A stretch of 64,000 nucleotides of DNA from positions 256,001 through 320,000 of the forward strand of contig CAWHBU010000001.1 in the NCBI GenBank assembly GCA_963827685.1, read 5' to 3'. This DNA comes from an uncultured delta proteobacterium. GTDB lineage: Bacteria; Desulfobacterota; BSN033; UBA1163. A program made the translations under genes and the position numbers. The notes beneath the pieces were generated by a model. The model saw only the letters and a program-made list of their open reading frames with translations, did not search any database and was not told where the DNA came from. This document shows, piece after piece, positions 57,831 through 64,000 of the stretch. Numbering within the stretch: the stretch's first letter is position 1; each line of letters starts with the position of its first letter.

Positions 57831-57987
57831 GATCTCGTCTCCTTTCTTATGTATCCATATTGTAATCCAAACATCACGCTCCCCCTCTCCCTGTCCCTCT
57901 CCCGCCAAGGGAGAGGGACCCTAATGGGATAATCCACTTAAAAATCCCTCCCCCTTGATGGGGGAGGGAAAGGGTGGGGGTGAACTA

Positions 57988-58221
57988 TTAATCTACAATC
58001 ACATTGGTCTGAGTTCTCAGTACGCCGGAGAGTCCCTGGAGTTTGGTAACAATGAAATCGCCAAGGATATTGATGTCCGGAGCCTCTACCAGAACGATGA
58101 CATCATAAGGACCCGTTGTCGCATTGGCTCGCTTCACCCCTTGGATCTTAGCAGCCTCCTTCGCTACATCCCTGGCAGCCCCTGCCGTACACTCAACAAA
58201 GACGTAAGCTGAAATCGGCAT
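57988..58221 (-). CDS. Lrp/AsnC ligand-binding-domain protein
   Basis: SAYVFV...TGPYDVIVLVE...GVLRTQT. Confidence 0.9.
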   Translation of the reverse strand: MPISAYVFVECTAGAARDVAKEAAKIQGVKRANATTGPYDVIVLVEAPDINILGDFIVTKLQGLSGVLRTQTNVIVD

Positions 58222-58295
58222 ACAACCACCTCCTTCTGAAAAAAGAGATTATATCAAACCTTGTCCGATTTCAAGTTTAAAAAATTCGGATATTC

Positions 58296-59132
58296 TCATT
58301 TGACTTTACTCAGCTCTTTCTCATCGATGTGGAAACTGTGCTGGTCCGTTGGAAATGTCCCTTTCAACACCTCCTCTCTGTAAGATTCAACGGCTTTGAG
58401 GACCAGTTCGCTCAGGTTGACATATCTTTTAGCAAATTTGGGCGTGAAGCGATCGAACAGTCCCAGCACATCATGGACAACCAATACCTGCCCATCACAA
58501 TGAACACCTGCACCGATTCCAATGGTTGGGACCTTCAAGCGCTCTGTAATCCTTTTTGAAATGGGCGCTGGGACGGCTTCGAGGAGAACAGAGAAGGCGC
58601 CTGCCTCTTCAAGTGACAGGGCGTCATCAATGATCTTCTGGGCAGCCTGAGCGTCCTTACCTTGAACCTTAAATCCTCCAAGCATTGAAATGGTTTGAGG
58701 CGTGAGTCCGATATGGCCCATCACCGGGATACCGGCTTTGACGATGGCCCTCACGATCTCCTTGACACTGGCGCCTCCTTCCAATTTCACAGCATCGGCT
58801 CCCCCTTCTTTCATGAATCGGCCAGCATTGAGAATAGCGTCCCTTTCAGAAGTGTTATAGGACATAAAGGGCATATCGCCGATGATCAGGGCATATTTTG
58901 CCCCACGGGTCACGGCTTTGGTGTGATGAATCATTTCATCCATGGTGACCGGGAGGGTATTCTCATAACCCAATACGGTCATCCCCAAGGAGTCCCCTAC
59001 CAGAATGATTTCGATCCCAGCCCGGTCTTCGAGCAAGGCCATGGGATAATCATATGCCGTGAGCATCGTGATTTTCTTTCCTTCTTTCTTCATCGTCTGA
59101 ATATCCACCGGAGTGATCTTTTTACGGTCCAT
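58296..59132 (-). CDS. panB: 3-methyl-2-oxobutanoate hydroxymethyltransferase
   Basis: [41 protein letters not shown]. Confidence 0.97.
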   Translation of the reverse strand: MDRKKITPVDIQTMKKEGKKITMLTAYDYPMALLEDRAGIEIILVGDSLGMTVLGYENTLPVTMDEMIHHTKAVTRGAKYALIIGDMPFMSYNTSERDAILNAGRFMKEGGADAVKLEGGASVKEIVRAIVKAGIPVMGHIGLTPQTISMLGGFKVQGKDAQAAQKIIDDALSLEEAGAFSVLLEAVPAPISKRITERLKVPTIGIGAGVHCDGQVLVVHDVLGLFDRFTPKFAKRYVNLSELVLKAVESYREEVLKGTFPTDQHSFHIDEKELSKVK

Positions 59133-59280
59133 CTTTTCCTCCTTCCATCATTTTTATCATTTCCCCTCCACCCTCCCCTAGATCCCCTCCCGTCAAGGGA
59201 GGGGAGAGAAGAAGACTCCCTCTCCCCTTGCGGGAGAGCCTGCCTGCCGGTAGGCAGGGGTGCGGGGAGGGGGCATTAAT

Positions 59281-60192
59281 TCAAAAGCTTTTCTCTATGG
59301 CTTTCACCAAATCGGTCACTGCTTGATTAAAAGGAACGGGGATCCCCAATAGTTGAGCTTCTCTCACCACGGCTCCATTGATGGCGTCGATTTCAGTTTT
59401 CCGTCTCTGATCAAAATCCTGACCCATCGAAGAGCGGTTCTCTCTGGTTGCTTCCGCTGCCTTTCGAACTCTTTCGATCGGGTCTTCTTCGATATGAACC
59501 CCTCTTCTCCTGGCGACCTCTGCCGCTTCAAGCACCAGTTTCTCCATCAACCTCGCGGTTTCAGGATAATCCAGGAGTTGACCATTCTTAAATCCGGTCA
59601 AAGCGGTCAAAGCATTGATCCCTGCGTTGACCACGAGTTTCCCCCACACTTGGTCATGGATATTCGGGGAGACTTCTGTCTCGATCCCTGCCGAATAAAA
59701 TATTTGAGCAATTCGAATGGCCCGATCGGTGATTCGATGATCCAGTTCCCCGATAAAAGTCTTCCCCCATCCAGCATGGCGAACGTGGCCTGGTTGTAGG
59801 AGCGTTGCCCCTTGGCCGGTGACTCCCAGCATGACCTTCTTCCGATTGATCTTCTTACAAATCACTTCCTCGTTCCCAAGGCCATTCTGTAAGGTAAGAA
59901 ATATCGTATCTTCCTTTTCAAGGACCAGGGCATCTGAAACCGCATTTTCGGTATCATAGGTTTTGACGAAGAAGATGACCAGATCAGCTTTTCCGACAGA
60001 GGTTACGTCGGGAGTGGCCCTCATTGGGATGATTTGCGACCCTTCCCTCTCTTCAAGGGTGAGACCGACTGAGCAGATTGTTTCGACTTGTTCCTTCTTG
60101 TAACCGACCAGCCAGAGGTCCTCTCCCGCACGGGTGAGGAGTCCGCCGAAGAGGCTTCCCATGGCTCCCGGACCGATCATCACCGTCTTCAT
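59281..60192 (-). CDS. panE: 2-dehydropantoate 2-reductase
   Basis: GPGAMG, LQNGLG, WGKLVVN, SSMGQD, TEIDAING. Confidence 0.95.
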   Translation of the reverse strand: MKTVMIGPGAMGSLFGGLLTRAGEDLWLVGYKKEQVETICSVGLTLEEREGSQIIPMRATPDVTSVGKADLVIFFVKTYDTENAVSDALVLEKEDTIFLTLQNGLGNEEVICKKINRKKVMLGVTGQGATLLQPGHVRHAGWGKTFIGELDHRITDRAIRIAQIFYSAGIETEVSPNIHDQVWGKLVVNAGINALTALTGFKNGQLLDYPETARLMEKLVLEAAEVARRRGVHIEEDPIERVRKAAEATRENRSSMGQDFDQRRKTEIDAINGAVVREAQLLGIPVPFNQAVTDLVKAIEKSF

Positions 60193-60471
60193 GGTCTTCC
60201 CTCAAATCATCGTAGATGAAAGTTAACCGAGGGCAATTGAAAAATCAAGCTTTTAAGCCCGCCACGGAGTTCAAAACTTTCGCATGACGAGGAGAGAAGG
60301 GGATAGGCGGGTTGTCACCATTTTAGAACCTTATTCGTGCTGCCTTTTTATTAGATGACCTTGAGAAATTTTACGATGATTAAGATCAGCAAGAATACCA
60401 GGTAGAACCGTAAGAAGTAGAGTGCGATCTTTGTCATGCGAGTCATTTTCACACGGGGCATTGTATTCTCC

Positions 60472-61770
60472 TCAAACCTTTACCCGGGTTACAAGATCCT
60501 TCATGATATCATTGAAATGGATCACTCCCAGGATGTGATCCCGTTCATCAACAACAGGAATCATTCGATAATGATACTTAGCGAACATTTCAGCGAGATC
60601 CTCCCGTACATCATTTTCCTCTGCAACGACGGCGGGGGTAACCATGATTTCTCCCAAAGTCATCTGATCCGAAGAAAGCAGCAGTTCCCGTAAATCGACC
60701 ACACCGACAAGGGTCTGGTCTTCCGCACTGATTATATAGATATATGAGATTGCATCATGTTCAACACCGGAGCGTCTTATCTTTTCGAGAACTTCACCCA
60801 CTTGAGCGTGCTTGAATGCTGTCATAAAATTTGATGACATGATGTCCCTGGCTTTAGCTTCACGGTCTGAGAGAATGGCTTGTACGCGCTCGGCCTGTTC
60901 CGGTCTAAGCAATGTCATTAGATTTGTCATCTGCTCATGCGGTAAAACAGAAAAGAGATCTGCCAGCTGAGGAATCGTCATTTCGGATAGAATGGTGTGC
61001 GCTTTTTCCTTCCGTAGGTTGGCAATGATCTGTCGTTGTGCCCTGGGTTCTGCCTCGACCAGAGTCTCCGCAGCCTTTTCCGAATCAAGAGCTGAAAAGA
61101 GAGCCTGCTGTTCCTTACCGGACAATTCTTCAAGGGCATCCGCCAGGTCCTCGCTGGGCATCTGCAAGACCTGTTTACGGGTGACAGAGAGCGTCACTTT
61201 GTCTGTGGAAACAGCGTCCTCCAACGAAAGGGGCTGGACGTATTTCCACGAGATAAATTGATCTTTAACCCAGCGGATTCCTCCCAAACCCCACCTGCGT
61301 AAGAAACCATTGAAGGAAATATCAACGTGGACGATGATCAATTGACCCTTGGACTCCAGAAGATGGACGTCGTTAACCACCTCAATGCGCCGACCATCCA
61401 TGTCCAGGATGGTGCGCCCCATTAAGTGTTTGTCCACAAGTATCCACCCCGTTTGATCGACGAAAGGAGGATAGGTATTTCCGTTTTCAGGGGGTTGGAC
61501 AAAAATGGCATCGTCTTCAATCCTTAAGACTTTTGTCCAAGAGATAAATTCGGTAGGCTTACCCCATCCGTGCTCAACATAGATTCCTACGGCTTCAGGG
61601 TAAGGTTCTGTGAGAGAGAATACCAGATCGGTTAGTTTTCCGATCCGATCCTTAATCTTTCCTGCACAAATTGGACGCTTGATCAGTTCTGAAAAATAAA
61701 GGAATCGGTAGCTCCCAGGGCCACTGGCCGGGCTGGGTGTTTTTGAAGCATTGACAGCAGATGTTATCAT
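60472..61770 (-). CDS. Soluble PRC-barrel/MgtE-N/CBS protein
   Basis: ILDMDGRRIEVVND, DLADALEEL, tandem CBS domains, no TM segments. Confidence 0.88.
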   Translation of the reverse strand: MITSAVNASKTPSPASGPGSYRFLYFSELIKRPICAGKIKDRIGKLTDLVFSLTEPYPEAVGIYVEHGWGKPTEFISWTKVLRIEDDAIFVQPPENGNTYPPFVDQTGWILVDKHLMGRTILDMDGRRIEVVNDVHLLESKGQLIIVHVDISFNGFLRRWGLGGIRWVKDQFISWKYVQPLSLEDAVSTDKVTLSVTRKQVLQMPSEDLADALEELSGKEQQALFSALDSEKAAETLVEAEPRAQRQIIANLRKEKAHTILSEMTIPQLADLFSVLPHEQMTNLMTLLRPEQAERVQAILSDREAKARDIMSSNFMTAFKHAQVGEVLEKIRRSGVEHDAISYIYIISAEDQTLVGVVDLRELLLSSDQMTLGEIMVTPAVVAEENDVREDLAEMFAKYHYRMIPVVDERDHILGVIHFNDIMKDLVTRVKV

Positions 61771-61786
61771 TTCGACCTCTCATTGG

Positions 61787-63097
61787 TCATTTAAAAAGAC
61801 CTGGAAAAAGGGTACTGATGCCCAAAAGTGTTGACATCAACGCCACGATAATGACAATGGTCCAATTTGCATAATTTTCCCAGGTGGTGCTGGTATGCTC
61901 ACCCATGCATGATTCATCATTCAAAAGAAGGAGTAAGAAGACAAGTGCTGCAGGCAAAAGGGTGACCGCTACCACCTGTACGAACATCGTAATGGTGACC
62001 AGGGGAGCACCCGGGATCAAAACCACCAGGCCCGAGGTGATCAGCATGGTCAGGTAGATCAGGTAGAACCATGGCGCCTCCCTCACCTTCAAATTCAAGG
62101 AGTGAGCCCATCCAAAGACCTCGCCCACGGCCCACGAGGAAGAGAGGGAGATGCAAAGAGCTCCCAGGAACCCAGCGTCAAAGAGCCCTATGGCGAATAG
62201 TCTACGTGCCAATTCACCATGTATGGACGGTAAAAGAGGTACAATAGCTTCGGCTGTTTGTTTGGCATCCTCAATCGTGATGGGTGGATGGTGATAATAA
62301 AAGACCGAGCTTGTGGCAATGATGATGAAAACGGCCACCACACACGTTAGAAAGGAGCCAATGAGTGTGTCCAATCGGCCGAATTTGATATCATGAATAT
62401 CCAGACCCTTATCCACCACAGCGCTTTGTTGAAAGAAGATCATCCAAGGGGCGATGGTCGTCCCGATGTTAGCCATGATGATGAAAATCAGGTCTCCGTT
62501 GAAACCAAAGGGTAAATTCGGATGATAAAAACCTCGGAACACCTCGTTCCAACTCGGCGCGCTTGGGGTTTCCATGGCCCAGAGGGCAGCAGGGATATAG
62601 ACAAAATTAAAAATGCAGAAGAAGAGGGCGATTTTCTCGAAGGTCCAGTATTGTCCTGAGATCACTATTGCGAATAGAATGATTGTCACGGAAACAAAGG
62701 TAAGCCAAGGAGGTACACCCAAGAGACTCATTGCAGCAATCATTCCGATGTATTCGGTAATCAAAGTTATCCAGTTGACAATGCCTAGGTCGATAAGGGA
62801 AAACCACCCCCAGAAAGACCCAAAACCATCGAAGATGGCTTCAGCATGTCCACGTTTGGTCACAGCTCCCAAACGGACTGTCATTTCCTGGACATAAAAG
62901 GCCATTGGCACGAGAGGAATGAACATCCAAAGGAGTGAAAAGCCGTACTTTGAACCTGTAACGGCATAGGTAGATATTCCTCCTGCATCGTTATCCGCTA
63001 CCATCACAATAATTCCCGGGCCGAGCACCGACAAGAAAATGATCAATTGCCGGCGTAGACGGGTTAGAAGATGGATGCTCTTACTGATCCAATACAT
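61787..63097 (-). CDS. NRAMP-like divalent metal (probably Mg2+) transporter
   Basis: GPGIIVMVADNDAGG, QEMTVRLG, IGTTIAPW.IFFQQS. Confidence 0.92.
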   Translation of the reverse strand: MYWISKSIHLLTRLRRQLIIFLSVLGPGIIVMVADNDAGGISTYAVTGSKYGFSLLWMFIPLVPMAFYVQEMTVRLGAVTKRGHAEAIFDGFGSFWGWFSLIDLGIVNWITLITEYIGMIAAMSLLGVPPWLTFVSVTIILFAIVISGQYWTFEKIALFFCIFNFVYIPAALWAMETPSAPSWNEVFRGFYHPNLPFGFNGDLIFIIMANIGTTIAPWMIFFQQSAVVDKGLDIHDIKFGRLDTLIGSFLTCVVAVFIIIATSSVFYYHHPPITIEDAKQTAEAIVPLLPSIHGELARRLFAIGLFDAGFLGALCISLSSSWAVGEVFGWAHSLNLKVREAPWFYLIYLTMLITSGLVVLIPGAPLVTITMFVQVVAVTLLPAALVFLLLLLNDESCMGEHTSTTWENYANWTIVIIVALMSTLLGISTLFPGLFK

Positions 63098-63584
63098 AAG
63101 CAGTTCCTATTGCCAACGATTGAAGACCCAACTTTTTTGTAAAAAGTTTTTTACAGAGCAGCCAGTGAAAAGGGATATGGGATTTGATATTCCTATTGGG
63201 GGTGTCATACATGGCACAACTCCGTTTCCTGCCAGGGCTGGTCCCGGAAATGTGCCCAAGAGGGACTAAATAGTTACCTTATTGGCCATCATTTCCGAGC
63301 TTCGATTCTTTTCTACTTCACCAGCAAAGGCCAAGTTATCCGAATCAACCGGGCTACCAGGAGGTTCCATTTCTTCGGGCTTAATCTCTTCCTCTTTTCT
63401 TTTCGTGATCAAAATCATTAACTTACTCTTAGTATATTCGAACAAAGATTGTCAAGCAGAAAACGCAAAAAGGTGTCTTTTGAAGCCTGATTATTATCCA
63501 CTTCAATTATCTGTGAACCCAAAAAAGATTCTATCCCTGTGCCCTCTGCGCTATGCTCTATGCGTTTTGTTTGAAAGGAAGGTG

Positions 63585-64000
63585 TCAAATCGAAACTGTT
63601 CTCAATTCCCCCTTGGTCATCTCTTTCAAAGTTCTTTCGATTCGTTTCAGGAGGTCACCCTCAAAATCTTTTGGGGAATGGATCGGCAGAAGGAGGCATT
63701 TGAGTTCCGTCAAACCTTTACTCTCCATAAGCTGTTGAAACTTCTTCTCCACTTCAAGAGGATCAACCTCTCTCAAATGAGCCAAAACCCCACGGACCTC
63801 CTCCGGGCTATATCGCTCCACGATATCGTGTTCTCGCAATCGGATTTGGGATTGAAGGTGGTCGAGGGAGAGCGAATCCCCGCTGAACAGAAAGAGAGTG
63901 AGGGCTCGACTTCCAGCCATATGACGCCTCTCTTCCCCGATTTCTTCGGGGGTGGGCTCATAATCCAATTCCATCAATACCCTCAGATTTTTTATCAAGG
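63585..64000 (-). CDS. 3' part of hypothetical protein, paralog of 2089..2991 (runs off window)
   Basis: NLRVLMELDY...RLREHDIVERY...LKCLLL aligns with the 2.1 kb ORF. Confidence 0.75.
   Translation of the reverse strand, partial: LIKNLRVLMELDYEPTPEEIGEERRHMAGSRALTLFLFSGDSLSLDHLQSQIRLREHDIVERYSPEEVRGVLAHLREVDPLEVEKKFQQLMESKGLTELKCLLLPIHSPKDFEGDLLKRIERTLKEMTKGELRTVSI

Overview
Bacterial chromosomal window. Gene content (CbcL-like and 16-18-heme cytochromes, Rex, PflX-PolX, TIGR04076) points to an anaerobic deltaproteobacterium/Desulfobacterota-like genome; this is an inference. About 10-64 kb is mostly housekeeping and metabolic genes (groESL, ABC-F, prmA, rex, Liv-type ABC transporter, serB, priA, polX, panB/panE, Mg/divalent cation transport). 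Their intergenic spaces are crowded with several families of small REP/MITE-like elements, some nested inside each other. The first ~10 kb is an accessory patchwork of toxin-antitoxin modules, orphan genes and gene fragments. It is punctuated by a recurring, same-orientation, two-part repeat (AGGGCTnnGGGGyCAGG...ATTT followed by GGTnnCATCCATAAAAAAGTTGGC). Whole genes end 15-20 bp before this repeat and several genes are cut exactly at it, which suggests an integron-like gene-capture array with non-attC sites. One captured unit still carries integron core/inverse-core signatures (GTTATGCC...GGCATAAC) and is fused in frame to a response regulator. Other highlights are two unannotated rod/branched structured RNA candidates, an IS200 inserted between the groES promoter and start codon, and a pair of uncharacterised paralogs with a degenerate GGDEF-like C-terminus. 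All calls come from reading the sequence; no searches were run.
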